64,000 bases of DNA, from assembly GCA_050250895.1 (NCBI GenBank), contig JBFWNU010000001.1:2596891-2660890 (forward strand). Reading direction: 5' to 3'. The position numbers were made by a program, and so were the translations under genes. The number at the start of each line of letters is the position of its first letter. The first letter of the stretch is position 1. Below, one piece after another: positions 17,581-30,566 of the stretch. Source of the stretch: Vulcanimicrobiota bacterium. Lineage in GTDB: Bacteria > Vulcanimicrobiota > Xenobia > Xenobiales > JADMJV01. The notes under the pieces were generated by a model, which saw nothing but the letters and a program-made list of their open reading frames with translations, made no database searches and was not told where the DNA came from.

Positions 17581-18603
17581 CTATAACCCCGGCCCGGCAC
17601 CTGCGCCAACCGAAATGACAACCTTGCCGAAATGGGCTCCCGAGGCCAGATGAGCGAAGGCCCGGGGAGCCTCTTCAAAGGGGAAGACTCGGTCGATGAC
17701 AGGCTGCAGCCGGGCCTGGGTGATGGCCCGGTTCATCGACTCGAAGCCGCTCTTGCTGCCCACCAGGATGCCCTGAACGCGCACGTTCTTCATCAGGATG
17801 GGCAGCACGTTGAGCGGTTGCTGCACGCCGTCGAGCACTCCGATCAGACTGACCTGTCCGCCTACTCGAACGGCCGCCAGCGACTCTGATAGCGTGCCGG
17901 CCCCACCCACCTCGACCACCAGGTCCACGCCGCCGGTCAGGTCGCGCACCAGCTTGCCCCAGGCCGGTTGCCGTTTGTAGTTGATGGTGTGATCGGCTCC
18001 CATTTGACGCACTCGCTCGAGCTTGTCGTCAGAGGACGAGGTGACCACCGTGCGCAGGCCCAGCATCTTGGCGAACTGCAGCCCGAAAATCGAGACCCCA
18101 CCCGTGCCCAACAGCAAGACCCAGTCCCCTGGCTGCAGTCGAGCTTGAGTGAACATAGCGCTCCAGGCCGTCAGGGCCGCGCAGGGCAGGCAGGCGGCTT
18201 CTTCATCACTCAAGTGGGCAGGCACCTCGAGCACGCCCGCGGCCGGAAGCACCACGGCCTGAGCCAGAGTACCGTCGATAGGGCCCCCGAGCGTGGCCCG
18301 CACGTTCTCTTGACGCGGTGGTCCGGCCATCCATTCCTGGCAGAACAGCGGGCAAACCCGGGTGCCTACGGCCAGCGCGACCCCTTCGCCGACAGCTTCG
18401 ATGACCCCCACGCCGTCCGAGCAAGGAATCAGTGGCAGCGGCTGGCGGGGATTGTAGTGGCCTTTGACCATCAGCAGGTCGCGATAGTTGAGCGACACCG
18501 CTCGCATGCCCAGGCGCACCTGGCCGGGGCCGGGTCGTCCGGGGTCGACCGTCTCGGCGGCCAGCTGGTCGAGGCCGAACGAGTGAATACGAAACGCTTG
18601 CAT
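17581..18603 (-). CDS. MDR-family NAD(P)-dependent oxidoreductase
   Basis: SLNYRD, PCSDG, GTGGVS, AHFGKVVI. Confidence 0.9.
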   Translation of the reverse strand: MQAFRIHSFGLDQLAAETVDPGRPGPGQVRLGMRAVSLNYRDLLMVKGHYNPRQPLPLIPCSDGVGVIEAVGEGVALAVGTRVCPLFCQEWMAGPPRQENVRATLGGPIDGTLAQAVVLPAAGVLEVPAHLSDEEAACLPCAALTAWSAMFTQARLQPGDWVLLLGTGGVSIFGLQFAKMLGLRTVVTSSSDDKLERVRQMGADHTINYKRQPAWGKLVRDLTGGVDLVVEVGGAGTLSESLAAVRVGGQVSLIGVLDGVQQPLNVLPILMKNVRVQGILVGSKSGFESMNRAITQARLQPVIDRVFPFEEAPRAFAHLASGAHFGKVVISVGAGAGPGL

Positions 18604-18658
18604 GGGCGGCCATTCGACGGCCCAGGGGGAACCCCTCGACTAGCGAAACTGGCTTCTT

Positions 18659-20620
18659 ATGCGGCGTCTGTGGTTGGTTGGCTTGTTGGTCGCCCTCTCG
18701 TTGGTAGGGGGCGAGAGCCAGGGTCGCAATCGCCTTTCCACGGCCGCCAGCCCCTATCTGCGCCAGCATGCCGACAACCCGGTCGAGTGGTATCCCTGGG
18801 GCGAAGAGGCCTTCGCCGCTGCCCGCGCCCAGAACAAGCCCATCTTTTTATCCATCGGCTACTCGACTTGCCACTGGTGCCACGTCATGGAGCGCGAGAG
18901 CTTCATGGACCAAGACCTGGCCGCCATCCTCAACCGAGACTTTATCGCCATCAAGGTCGACCGCGAAGAGCGGCCCGATGTCGACCGGGTCTACATGCAG
19001 TTTCTACTCTCGCTGCAAGATTCGGGCGGCTGGCCCATGAGTGTCTTTCTTACCCCTGAGCTCGAGCCGTTCTTCGGGGGCACCTACTTTCCGCCCCACG
19101 CTCGCGACGGCATGCCCGGTTTTGACGAGGTGCTGACTCGCGTGCACCAGCTCTGGACCGACCAACCCGAGCGGGTGAAGGCGGCCGCCGCCGAAAGGAT
19201 GCAAGAACTGCAAGACCAGGCGCGTGCCTTGCCCGGGCCCGAGCCGCGCCAGGAGTGGTCCAACCGGGCCCAACGAGCCCTACTCGCCAGCTATGACGAG
19301 GAGTTCGGCGGCTTTGGTCTGGCTCCCAAGTTTCCGCGCCCGGTCAATTTGACTTTTCTGCTGCAGAGAGGTCAATCCGCGCCGGTGGTGGCCACGCTCA
19401 AGGCCATGGCCCGCGGAGGCATTCACGACCAGCTCGAGGGCGGTTTTCACCGCTACTCGACCGACCGCTTCTGGCGTGTGCCTCACTTCGAGAAGATGCT
19501 CTACGACCAGGCGCTGCTGGCCGAGGTCTACAGTCAGGCCTACGCTCTGACCAACGATCCAGAGCTGGGAACCCTCGCCGCCGATATCCTCGACTATTGC
19601 CTGGCCCGTCTCCGTTCGCCCGAGGGCGCCTTCTACTGCGCCGAGGATGCCGACGAAGATTTCTATCGCTGGACCCCCGAGCAAGTCGGCGAGCTGCTCG
19701 CCCCAGCCATGGCCGAGGGCATCGTCCACGACGGGGTAGTCACCGCCGCGGGCCCCTATCCCGAGGCTCGCGCCAGGCTGCTCCAAGCTCGCAATCAGCG
19801 CCCCCGGCCGGCAGTCGACACCAAGGTGCTGGCCAGCTGGAACGGTCTTATGATTGCGGCTCTGGCCCAGGCCGGTCGCTATCTCGAGCGACCCGACTAC
19901 CTGGCCGCCGCCGAGGATTGTCTGGCCGCCTTGCTCCAGACCCTTTACGGGCAGGGTGAGCTACTGCACCAGGTGGGGGTCCCGGCCTTTTGTGAGGACT
20001 ATGCCGACTTGATCCACGGGTTGCTAGAGCTGCACCAGGCCACCCAGAAGGCCGACTACCTGCGCTTGGCCTTCGAGCTGCAGGCTCGCCAGGACGAGCT
20101 TTTCTGGGACGCCGAAGAGGGCGGCTATTTCGAGACGCGGGCCGACCAGAAGCACTTGTTGGTGCGCACCAAAGACCGCTTCGACGCGGCCACCTGGACG
20201 GCCAACTCGCGCTCGGCCCACAATCTGGTGCGGCTGGCCCAACTGGCCGACGACCCTGTCTTCGCCCGCCGGGCAGACCAGCTGGTGGCCGCCTTCGCGG
20301 GAGTCATCGAACGCGATCCCACCGCCCTGCCGGGATTACTGACCGCCTTCGACCTGAGTCGCTCGCCTCACCAACAGGTGGTGGTGGCCGGACCCGAGGC
20401 CGGCCCGATGCTCCACGAGGCCCTGGCCGGTTATGCTCCCAACCGCACCGTGCTGTGGGCTGACGACGGCCCCAATCAACGCCTCCTCGAGCAACGCCTG
20501 GATTTCTTGAAGTCGGTCCGGCCCCAACAGCCCACGGCGTATCTATGCACCGATTTCGTGTGCGGGCCGCCCATCGAGAGCCTGGACCAGTTGAAGGCTA
20601 CTCTTCGTCGAGCCCCTTGA
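18659..20620 (+). CDS. YyaL/SSP411 thioredoxin-domain protein
   Basis: [35 protein letters not shown]. Confidence 0.92.
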   Translation: MRRLWLVGLLVALSLVGGESQGRNRLSTAASPYLRQHADNPVEWYPWGEEAFAAARAQNKPIFLSIGYSTCHWCHVMERESFMDQDLAAILNRDFIAIKVDREERPDVDRVYMQFLLSLQDSGGWPMSVFLTPELEPFFGGTYFPPHARDGMPGFDEVLTRVHQLWTDQPERVKAAAAERMQELQDQARALPGPEPRQEWSNRAQRALLASYDEEFGGFGLAPKFPRPVNLTFLLQRGQSAPVVATLKAMARGGIHDQLEGGFHRYSTDRFWRVPHFEKMLYDQALLAEVYSQAYALTNDPELGTLAADILDYCLARLRSPEGAFYCAEDADEDFYRWTPEQVGELLAPAMAEGIVHDGVVTAAGPYPEARARLLQARNQRPRPAVDTKVLASWNGLMIAALAQAGRYLERPDYLAAAEDCLAALLQTLYGQGELLHQVGVPAFCEDYADLIHGLLELHQATQKADYLRLAFELQARQDELFWDAEEGGYFETRADQKHLLVRTKDRFDAATWTANSRSAHNLVRLAQLADDPVFARRADQLVAAFAGVIERDPTALPGLLTAFDLSRSPHQQVVVAGPEAGPMLHEALAGYAPNRTVLWADDGPNQRLLEQRLDFLKSVRPQQPTAYLCTDFVCGPPIESLDQLKATLRRAP

Positions 20621-21314
20621 TGCCCTCGAGTTGCGACTTCTTCTTGAAGTCGTCGTCTTTTTTGCCGTTCGAGTCCATATCGATGTCCATGTCGAAGTCG
20701 GCGTCCATCTCCTTGTCGAGCTGATCAAAGGTCTTCTCGACCTCCATCCGGTCGTCTTCTTTCGGTTTGGGGATCAGGGGAGGAACGCTCTTGACACCCT
20801 CGAGGGGGGGGTCGAGCTTGGGAGTCTCGGCTGGGGCCGGCGGGGGTGGCGCAGGCTGTTCGACCACCGGCGCGGGCGGGGGTGCCGGCTTGGGCGGCGG
20901 CGGGGGAGCCGGCTGGGGCTCGGGGGTCGGCTGAGGCGGGGGCGAGGCGACCGGAGTCGGGGTCGCGACGGGCGTGGCGGCGACAGCGGGCGTCTCTATC
21001 GGCGTCGGGGTCACCGCGGGCGTGGCCGCCTCGACGGGAGTGGCCGCTTCGCCCGGGGTCGAGGCCTCGGCCGGAGTGGCCGCCTCGGCGGGCGGTGCGC
21101 CGCTCGGAGCGACCGTCGGCGCGGCCGGCGTTTCGCCGGGGTAAAGCTTGTCGAAGGCCTCCTGCATTTCTGGGCTGGGGCCCTTGGATTCGCTCTTGGT
21201 GCAGCCTGTCAGCAGACAGAACGCCACCAGAATCAGGCTAAGAGCGACCCTCGAGAGCTTGCATAGCCGCCTGTTGAGCGTTGAGGTTGAGCACGATCTC
21301 TTGGACGCGAGCAT
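20598..21314 (-). CDS. Pro/Ala-rich lipoprotein (start uncertain)
   Basis: Lipobox LTGC, EAATP repeats. Confidence 0.6.
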   Translation of the reverse strand: MLASKRSCSTSTLNRRLCKLSRVALSLILVAFCLLTGCTKSESKGPSPEMQEAFDKLYPGETPAAPTVAPSGAPPAEAATPAEASTPGEAATPVEAATPAVTPTPIETPAVAATPVATPTPVASPPPQPTPEPQPAPPPPPKPAPPPAPVVEQPAPPPPAPAETPKLDPPLEGVKSVPPLIPKPKEDDRMEVEKTFDQLDKEMDADFDMDIDMDSNGKKDDDFKKKSQLEGIKGLDEE

Positions 21315-22911
21315 CGAATCTCTCCTTTTCGGCCTGGGCACTGGCTTCTTTCTCAAACCGTTTGTAGCCCTCCATCAGTTCGCAAAGACGGGCCTTGGTC
21401 ATGGGCTTGGCCAGGTCCCGCAGAATCTTCTTCCGTTCGTCGAAACCGACGCGATAGTATTCCTCGGGCGGCTCGACGTCTTGAATCTCGACCAGGATCT
21501 TCTGGCAGATGCTGTCGACATTGCGGCCCGAGAACTCATATTCGATGCAGAGCTTGCCGATTTCGAACCAATCCTCATCGGTGAGTTGCAACAACTCGGC
21601 GAATTCCTTGAGCTTCTTCTCGCGCATCAACTCGACGAAATCCTCGGGAGTGACCGGACCCAGAATCTTGTAAGGGTCCTGGGTGATCCGGCTGAGCGTG
21701 GCCTCGTCCATGTTCATGTAGTTAGCATCGCAGATCAAGAACCACTTGCCGTTCTTGGGAATCAGGGTGCCGTCGAAGATGCCGAAGCTGGCCCCCAGGA
21801 TGTTGGATTCCTCCGAGCGCATCCCCGGGTCCGAGCGAGCGGCGAAGGCCGTGTCGATGTCGGGCCAATAGACGCCCACCACCCCGTGAAAGCCCTGGAC
21901 TTGCTCTTTGAAGATGTTGACCAGTTGATTGGCCGAGGCGTTCTGAAAGGACGAAGCCCAGTCGGTGCGGCGAATGACCAGAAAACGGGCGGCCACGCCG
22001 CGCTCGCGGCAGTAATCGAGAAAGAAGTTGCCGATGGCGTGGGCGGTGATGGTCTTACCACAACCCGGGCTGCCCTGCCCGAACAAGACGGGATTGATCT
22101 TCTTCGGGTTCTGCCCCCGCTCGAAGTCAAAACCGGCCACATCCCGGGCCAGCCGCAAGCCGGCGGCGATGTACTCCTTATTGCCCACGATGTCATCGGG
22201 GGCGATGGGCAAGAGCTCGCCGGGCTCTTCGTCTTCGGCCGGAGCGGCCAGATACTCGAAACCGCGATAGTGGCGACCGCAGACATCCACCTGCATCTGC
22301 TCGAGGGCCCGGCAGTGGCGCTCGAAGCGGGCGTCGGTTCCGATCTGTTTGACCCCGTTGGCCAGCAGACTGAAAAAGGCGAAGGTGCAGGCCGCCATTT
22401 GCTCAGGCTCCTTGACCCGGCGCTCTTTGTCGGGATGATTGCGGTGATGGTCGTAGAAGGCGCTGATTTCACCCACCAACACCTGAATCAGTTGGCGCGG
22501 CATCATCTCTTCGATCTGCTGCACCCAGGCCTGGGTAAAGGCCCCCTTCACGTCGGGGATCTCGGTGGCAAAAGTGCGGGCGCGGGCGGCCGCGGTCTCG
22601 CTGGCTACATAGGCGGCGAACAGGTTGCAGAAAGCGTCGTCGATGGGCTCGGTCTTCGACGAGAAGGCGAACCCAGCTGCCTGCCGATCGGCCACGATCT
22701 TGTGGCTGACGGCTTTGGCCACCTCCAGCATCTGAGCCCCGGCATGCTCGATGATGTCGAGCAGACTCAGGTGAATCGGGTGAAGCCCGTAGGGGCCCGG
22801 ACAGTTGGCTTGCATCAACTGATGCAGACTCTGCATCTTGATGGTCGAGCGAACGATGGGGATCTCTTGCTCTAGGTCGGCTTCGACGACAATGATCTGG
22901 CGCTTTTGCAT
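21238..22911 (-). CDS. AAA-family ATPase
   Basis: Walker A GSPGCGKT, atypical Walker B YWPDID, sensor DAN, FSGRNV. Confidence 0.85.
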   Translation of the reverse strand: MQKRQIIVVEADLEQEIPIVRSTIKMQSLHQLMQANCPGPYGLHPIHLSLLDIIEHAGAQMLEVAKAVSHKIVADRQAAGFAFSSKTEPIDDAFCNLFAAYVASETAAARARTFATEIPDVKGAFTQAWVQQIEEMMPRQLIQVLVGEISAFYDHHRNHPDKERRVKEPEQMAACTFAFFSLLANGVKQIGTDARFERHCRALEQMQVDVCGRHYRGFEYLAAPAEDEEPGELLPIAPDDIVGNKEYIAAGLRLARDVAGFDFERGQNPKKINPVLFGQGSPGCGKTITAHAIGNFFLDYCRERGVAARFLVIRRTDWASSFQNASANQLVNIFKEQVQGFHGVVGVYWPDIDTAFAARSDPGMRSEESNILGASFGIFDGTLIPKNGKWFLICDANYMNMDEATLSRITQDPYKILGPVTPEDFVELMREKKLKEFAELLQLTDEDWFEIGKLCIEYEFSGRNVDSICQKILVEIQDVEPPEEYYRVGFDERKKILRDLAKPMTKARLCELMEGYKRFEKEASAQAEKERFDARVQEIVLNLNAQQAAMQALEGRS

Positions 22912-23015
22912 GGTAGGTTGTCCCAAGTTTTGCCAGCCCTGGCTAGTTTCCTTCGCCCAGGCCAGGGCGTCTCCAAGCAGGTCAGCTCACGGCTCTCTAC
23001 GAATTACTCGATCCC

Positions 23016-24230
23016 ATGATTGACACCAGGCTGACTCCCACTCTCGTGACTGCCGCTCGTCCGGCAACTCATCCCCCCGTGGCCAATAAAGCGCCCTCCC
23101 CGGTCTCGAGCGAGCCGAACGATGGCTATGCAGGTTCTGCGGTCACGGGCCAGCCTGATCCGGCGACCCCCACGCCGAGAGCGTCCGAGGCTGAGCCGAC
23201 AGCCACAGTTCAAGCCCCGTCGGGTCCGGTGCCGGTCGACCGAAAGGTTCCCATGTTGCTTGAGCCGGTAGCCCACTCCCTGGGGCGACACTGGGATTTC
23301 CTCTACTCCCGGGTCGACCCCGCCCGCCCCACCCCCGACCCTAACAAGGTTTGGTGCGATCGTCAGAGAGCGGCAACCGCCACCGGCGTAGCCCGGGCCC
23401 TGGCTCAACTGCAGGCCCAGGGCCACCAGCAGGGCACCGGCAAGGTGGCTGTCCTGGGCGGTGGTTACGAGGTTGATCTCAAGCCTCTGCTGGAACAGTT
23501 TGCCGAGGTCCATGTGGTGGACCTGACCGACAAGCCCTTCCCCGTCGTCGAGCGACAGAACGCCGACGACCCGAACCTGAGCAAGCTTCGTTTTGTCCAG
23601 ACCGATCTGTCCGGCGTCGACCCGCTCGTGCAAGGATTCGAGATCGAGCGTCTCCGCGGCCAAAGAGACCAGGGTCGAGAACTCGATCTGGAAGGAATCA
23701 AGAGTTATATGGGCGGGCTGGGCGAAATGTCCCCCTCGGCCCTGGAGAGTGGGGCCTACAAAATGGTGGTGGCCCCGGTGTTGACCGAGAGCATGCCATA
23801 CGGGCCTTTGTTGACCGATGTCGAGGCGCGACGCGACCAGTCCATTGCGGCGGCTGGTGTCGACGATAGTCAAGACCGCCGTTCGACCTGGAAGCATGTG
23901 AGTTCGTATCTGCCAGACTCTTTCTATTTCGACCCTCAGGTGCGCCAGGGCTTCGATCGGTTATTCTTGCACCAGTCCCAGGAACTCCATCGCCTGCTCG
24001 AACCCGGTGGTGTGGGCGTGACTTCTTTTTGGACTCGTCCCGACGAGCGCCAGGCCGAGCACGCGCCTGGCGAAGAAAATCTATCCCGATTGGGCGACAA
24101 CACGGTGACCGCGGCTACAGTCGAGGCTTTTTTCTCGCCTTTCCAGCACGAGCAGGTTGGCGAAGCCAAGATCTACGGACCCGAGAACAAGCCGACCGTT
24201 CGCGTCTATACCCTGGCCAAGCCTACCTGA
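23016..24230 (+). CDS. Hypothetical protein, methyltransferase-like Rossmann domain with P/A-rich N-terminus
   Basis: VAVLGGG...VHVVDL...FVQTDL...LLEPGGVG. Confidence 0.6.
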   Translation: MIDTRLTPTLVTAARPATHPPVANKAPSPVSSEPNDGYAGSAVTGQPDPATPTPRASEAEPTATVQAPSGPVPVDRKVPMLLEPVAHSLGRHWDFLYSRVDPARPTPDPNKVWCDRQRAATATGVARALAQLQAQGHQQGTGKVAVLGGGYEVDLKPLLEQFAEVHVVDLTDKPFPVVERQNADDPNLSKLRFVQTDLSGVDPLVQGFEIERLRGQRDQGRELDLEGIKSYMGGLGEMSPSALESGAYKMVVAPVLTESMPYGPLLTDVEARRDQSIAAAGVDDSQDRRSTWKHVSSYLPDSFYFDPQVRQGFDRLFLHQSQELHRLLEPGGVGVTSFWTRPDERQAEHAPGEENLSRLGDNTVTAATVEAFFSPFQHEQVGEAKIYGPENKPTVRVYTLAKPT

Positions 24231-25320
24231 TCGGATAGATGACACACGGTTTGCCGGTGCCTTTGAGCAACTCGTTGAGGGGCTTGAGGATACCGGGGGT
24301 GCAGCTGAATTTGCGCTCTTTGTGGACCACATAGCCCAGCTTCCTGGCCCGGGCGTCGGCCAGGGCCTTCGAGTCGGCATCGAGCGACTCGCGATAGAAT
24401 CGCCCGAAAGGGTCGCGATTGGTGTCGGGTTTGTCTTCCTTGTCGGGCAGGGCCACGCGTTCCTGGGGAAAGTTGAGGATCAGATTGCCGGGGTGAGCGT
24501 GCATCAGGTCCTGGATGACAGCCGGCATGCGCACGCCTTCCATCCACAGAGGGCCGATGCGACCGCGCACCACCTCTTCGACCGTAATGCCCTCGACGTT
24601 CGAAAGTAGAATGAAGGCAAACTCGGCCTCGTCGGAAGAGTAGCGCGAGATGACGTTGCGAAAGCCTTCGGTGTACTGCAGGTCGTCGCCCTTGAGTTCG
24701 ACTTTGGGACGGCTCCACCGTTGGTGCTGGTGGGATAGGTGAATGGTGTACTGGGTGAAGACACCCTCGCCCGGGTCGTACCGTTCGAATAGCGCCACGA
24801 ATTGAGCTGTCTTGCGGTCGTCGACCACCCGTTTGAGCTTGAGTTCGAGATTGTAGCGCTTGGGCACCGAGCGCTCGTTGACCTCGCGATAGTATTGAAC
24901 CCTCTTGAACAGCCGAACCGAGGCGTCGTCGGTGCGACCCTTGAGTTCTTCGAAGTCGTGCTTCGAGAGAAAGCGCGAGGCGATCTCTTTGTCGGCGATG
25001 ACGCGCCCGATCTCGGGCTCGTCGGGCAAACCCATGCGAAGATTGAGTCGCAGCGAATCTTGCAACCCCCGATTGGCATCGGGAGTCATCAGGTAATAGA
25101 GATTCTCCACCGACCGGCCGTCGGGAAAGAACTTGTTGGGCTTGCCCGCCCGGACCAGCTTTTGCAGCAGATCGAGATACACCTGAGCTGGTTCTCGGTC
25201 GAGAACTCGGACCGGGTCCCGTTCCACTGACGGGGTGGACGCAGTCGCCTGCTCGGAGGGGCGCTTTCGCTCTGGCTCTTCGTAGTCCGGGAGCTTCGGG
25301 GTGTTTCCAAAGAAGGCCAT
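24223..25320 (-). CDS. Hypothetical protein
   Basis: 365-aa ORF, host codon usage, 9 nt downstream of the coiled-coil gene. Confidence 0.8.
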   Translation of the reverse strand: MAFFGNTPKLPDYEEPERKRPSEQATASTPSVERDPVRVLDREPAQVYLDLLQKLVRAGKPNKFFPDGRSVENLYYLMTPDANRGLQDSLRLNLRMGLPDEPEIGRVIADKEIASRFLSKHDFEELKGRTDDASVRLFKRVQYYREVNERSVPKRYNLELKLKRVVDDRKTAQFVALFERYDPGEGVFTQYTIHLSHQHQRWSRPKVELKGDDLQYTEGFRNVISRYSSDEAEFAFILLSNVEGITVEEVVRGRIGPLWMEGVRMPAVIQDLMHAHPGNLILNFPQERVALPDKEDKPDTNRDPFGRFYRESLDADSKALADARARKLGYVVHKERKFSCTPGILKPLNELLKGTGKPCVIYPIR

Positions 25321-25329
25321 AGGCCGTGG

Positions 25330-26388
25330 CTATTGTTCCTCGCGAGCCGCCTTGAGGAGGCCGAACTCCTTTTGGGCCAGCTTGAGGGTGTCATCGATAC
25401 GAGCGTCTTGAATCTCGCGCTCCGCCTGCAGATTGCTCTCGACCAGCTTCTGGGTCTCTTCGTCGTAGATGCGCATCTGGCTGGTCATACGATCGACGTT
25501 CTGGGTCAGATAAAGCGAAGTGTTCGAGGCCAGGGTGGCCACCCGGTTGACGCTTTCCTTGAGCGAGTCCATCGACTGTTTCATATCCATGGTCAGCTCG
25601 CTGGCCTCGGTAGCGGTGGTCAAAGAGGCCAGGTTGCCGCGCAACTCGTCGAGAACCTCCTGGCCCGCGTCGTAAAGAGTCTGCATGTTGGTATGCAGAT
25701 TGGTGAGCAGTTCCATGAAATTGTTGTTCATGATGACGATGCTCGAAATGCGATCTTCGGCGTTGGAATACAGACGCAGCTTGCCGCCGTGCTGCCAGAT
25801 CAGCCGCTTGACTTCGTCGATCTCGGCCTGTTTTTCGCGGTGGGCGGCGGTGACTTCGTCACCAAGTCCCTCGATCTCGGCTTTGAGCTGGGACTCGATA
25901 TCCTTGAGTTGCAGGATATACTCGGCCGCCTTCTCTTCATTCTGGGCGGCCACGATCATCTTCTTGTTGAGACGCACCACGTCTTGGCGCACGTTCTCGA
26001 TTTCGGACTCCATCCGGTCGAGAAAGCCGCCCACTTCGCGGATGCGGGTTTCGGTCACGTGGATTTTCTCTTGCAGCAACTCCGAGATGGGACGGTCGGG
26101 CATTTTATCGCGGATGACTGGAATACGCTCGAGCAGTCCACGGGCGGCGCCCATGACGTTGCCAGAGGCGGCGTCTTTCATGCAGTCCCAAACCGATTTT
26201 TGCTCGGCCAACTCTTCGGTCATCTCACGAGCGATGATGTCGTGCGTTTTCTTGAGTTCTTCAAGCTCGCCGATGCGCTCGCCGTGTTCGTTCTGATACT
26301 CGTTGACCATGGTCTGCAGCGAGTCACGAGTATAATCCTCACCATCATAGACGATGCTCTTCTGCAGAATGTTGGAGCGGTCGGACAT
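25330..26388 (-). CDS. Long coiled-coil protein
   Basis: SD GGAGG; heptad-rich, all-helical 352 aa. Confidence 0.8.
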   Translation of the reverse strand: MSDRSNILQKSIVYDGEDYTRDSLQTMVNEYQNEHGERIGELEELKKTHDIIAREMTEELAEQKSVWDCMKDAASGNVMGAARGLLERIPVIRDKMPDRPISELLQEKIHVTETRIREVGGFLDRMESEIENVRQDVVRLNKKMIVAAQNEEKAAEYILQLKDIESQLKAEIEGLGDEVTAAHREKQAEIDEVKRLIWQHGGKLRLYSNAEDRISSIVIMNNNFMELLTNLHTNMQTLYDAGQEVLDELRGNLASLTTATEASELTMDMKQSMDSLKESVNRVATLASNTSLYLTQNVDRMTSQMRIYDEETQKLVESNLQAEREIQDARIDDTLKLAQKEFGLLKAAREEQ

Positions 26389-26520
26389 TAGATAGCCTCC
26401 TCGAAAAACCCGTGATTGCAGGCATGGTTCTGTTTCTGGAACCCGGATCCTCCATGGCCATCGCGAGGTTTTCCTTGTCTGGCAGCGTAACAACCCTGAC
26501 GAGGGAGTCAAGCGAGCAAC

Positions 26521-27225
26521 TTGGAGCGTCTACAGAAAGTGATGGCTGCGGCGGGGGTGGGCTCGCGCCGGCATTGCGAGGGCTTGATTCGCGCTGGCCG
26601 CGTGCGCGTCAACGGCGAGGTGGCCGAAGTGGGCCTGTCGGTCGAGCCGGGGCTGGACCAGATCGAGCTCGACGGCAAGAAGCTCGAGGGGCCGCGCCAA
26701 CTGGTCTATCTGGCCCTCAATAAACCGGTGGGCTACATCACTACCGCCAGCGATCCCCAGGGCCGGCCCACGGTCATGGACTTGCTTCCCAAGAATTTGC
26801 CCCGGGTATTTCCGGTGGGGCGTCTCGACCGCGATACCGAGGGGCTACTGGTGCTGACCAACAACGGACCCCTGGCCCACGGTCTGCTGCATCCCACTCG
26901 CGGAGTCCGAAAGCTCTATCACGCCACCGTGCGCGGCCGCCCTAGTCCGGCCCTTTTAAAGAAGTTGGCGGCCGGGGTGGAACTCGAGGACGGACCCACT
27001 GCTCCCTGTCGGGCTCGCCTGCTGGGACCCCACCTGGTCGAAATCGAGCTCAAGGAGGGTCGCAAGCGCCAGGTTCGGCGCATGCTGGGGTTGATCGGGC
27101 ACCCGGTCGAGAGCCTGCGCCGGGTTCGCTTCGGCCCCCTCGAACTGGGCGAGATCCCGCTGGGTAAGTGCCGTCCCATCCAGGGTCAGGCTCTCTCTGA
27201 GTTGCTGGCGGCGGCCGGCCTGTGA
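26521..27225 (+). CDS. rluB: RsuA/RluB family pseudouridine synthase
   Basis: S4 domain ERLQKVMA...[22 protein letters not shown]. Confidence 0.85.
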   Translation: MERLQKVMAAAGVGSRRHCEGLIRAGRVRVNGEVAEVGLSVEPGLDQIELDGKKLEGPRQLVYLALNKPVGYITTASDPQGRPTVMDLLPKNLPRVFPVGRLDRDTEGLLVLTNNGPLAHGLLHPTRGVRKLYHATVRGRPSPALLKKLAAGVELEDGPTAPCRARLLGPHLVEIELKEGRKRQVRRMLGLIGHPVESLRRVRFGPLELGEIPLGKCRPIQGQALSELLAAAGL

Positions 27226-27240
27226 GCGGGGAGGACCATC

Positions 27241-28979
27241 ATCGCCAAGATTCCCGATAAGACCGTCGAGGCAGTTCTCGACCGGACCTCGATTGCCGAT
27301 GTGGTCGGACGTTACGTCAAGCTCAAGAAGCAGGGGCGCCGGCTGGTGGGGTTGTGCCCTTTTCACTCCGAGCGCACGCCTTCGTTTTCGGTCGACCCGG
27401 TCAAAGGTCTGTGGTACTGCTTCGGCTGTCAGGAGGGCGGCAGCCTCTTCAACTTCATCATGAAAGTCGAGGGCATCACCTTCCCCGAGGCGGTGCGCAA
27501 GATGGGGGCCGAGGTAGGGGTGGTGGTCGAAGCCGACGAGGAAGAGACCCCCGAGCAGCTCCATCGCAAACGGCTCCTTGAGCTACTCGAGCGCTGCGCC
27601 CAGTATTACCACGAGCTACTGGTAAAAAGCCCGCTGGGGCGCGCCGCTCTCGACTATTGCCGCGGCCGAGGGCTGAGCGAGGCCGCCGTCGAGCGCTTTC
27701 GGCTGGGATGGGCCCCCGACGGCGGCCAGGCCCTGGTGCAGAAGCTGCAAGCCGCCGGCTATTCCCTCGAGGACGGCTTGGCCGCCGGAGTCCTGCGCGA
27801 GCGGGGCGGACGTTACGCCGACACCCTGCGCGGACGGCTGGTCTTTCCGATCACGAATGCCCAGGGCAAAGTCCTGGCTTTCGGCGGTCGAGTGTTGGGC
27901 GACGGTCAGCCCAAATACCTGAACACTCCCGAAACCGACCTCTACTCCAAGCGGCGTCACCTGTTCGGGCTGGCTCAGCATCGCGGCGCGATCAGCCGGG
28001 CCGAACGGGCGGTGGTGGTCGAGGGTTATCTCGATGTCATCAGTATGAGTCAGGCCGGGGTCGAGCTGGGGGTGGCTTCGCTGGGAACCTCCCTGACCGA
28101 AGAGCAGACCGAGCTGCTCAAGCGCTACGCCCACCAGGCTATTCTGGCCTACGACGCCGACCGGGCCGGCGAAGCGGCCACCATCAAGGCTATCGAATTG
28201 TTCGAGAATATCGGCTTGCGGGTTTCTATCGCCCCCCTCCCGCCAGGGCACGATCCCGACTCCCTGGCCCGGGCCGGCGGGGCCACCGCCATCGAAGCGT
28301 GTCTCGAGGGAGCCATCGAGGTGATCGAGTTCTTGATCGCGCGAAGCCAGCGCCGATGGGACTTGAATACGCCGGGAGGGAAACAAGATTTCGCGAGCGA
28401 AGTTCTGCCGGCTATTGGGCGGATTGCGGACCCCATTCGGCGCGACGCTTACGTCGTGAAGGTTGCGAACCTACTGCACGTCAGCGAGCAGCGACTGGCC
28501 TGGAGGCTACAGGGGGCTGAGGCTCCTGAAGGGCGCCGGGTTGCCAAACGAGGCCGTCGTTTGTCCGATATCGAAGAGCGACTTTTGAGCATTTGCGCCA
28601 CGGAGCCGAAATGGATCACTCTGGTCAAAGCCGAGTTGTCCCCTGACGACATCCAGCGCGAGGACCTTCGGCCCCTCTACGTCGCCCTTTTTGAGGTGGA
28701 ACGCAGAGACGAGCCGATCCGGCTGCAGGATTTTCTCGCCCATCTCACGGATGAGGTCCAGGTCGAGAGACTCTCTGAGCTTCTCATGGGTGAGGAATTG
28801 AGTTCCTCGGAAGAGGATATACGACGGCTGATTAGAGATGTTCGTAAGAAAGGGCTTGAGGTGAAGGTCGAGCGGCTGCGCCAGCGGGTTGTCGACCAGA
28901 TGCAGGCGGGGACCTTGAATTCGGAAGACGAACTGTATCAGGAGTATTTGAGGCTTCAGCAACAGCTGAAAGGTGTTCG

Positions 28980-28983
<4 letters not shown>
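27241..28983 (+). CDS. dnaG: DNA primase (apparent ATC start)
   Basis: CPFH...CFGC zinc finger, [21 protein letters not shown]; directly upstream of rpoD. Confidence 0.95.

Positions 28984-30562
<1,579 letters not shown>

Positions 30563-30566
<4 letters not shown>

Noticed and set aside
20860-21130. Tandem GC-rich repeats as a repeat array
   Set aside because: Explained by the EAATP/Pro-rich linker of the lipoprotein
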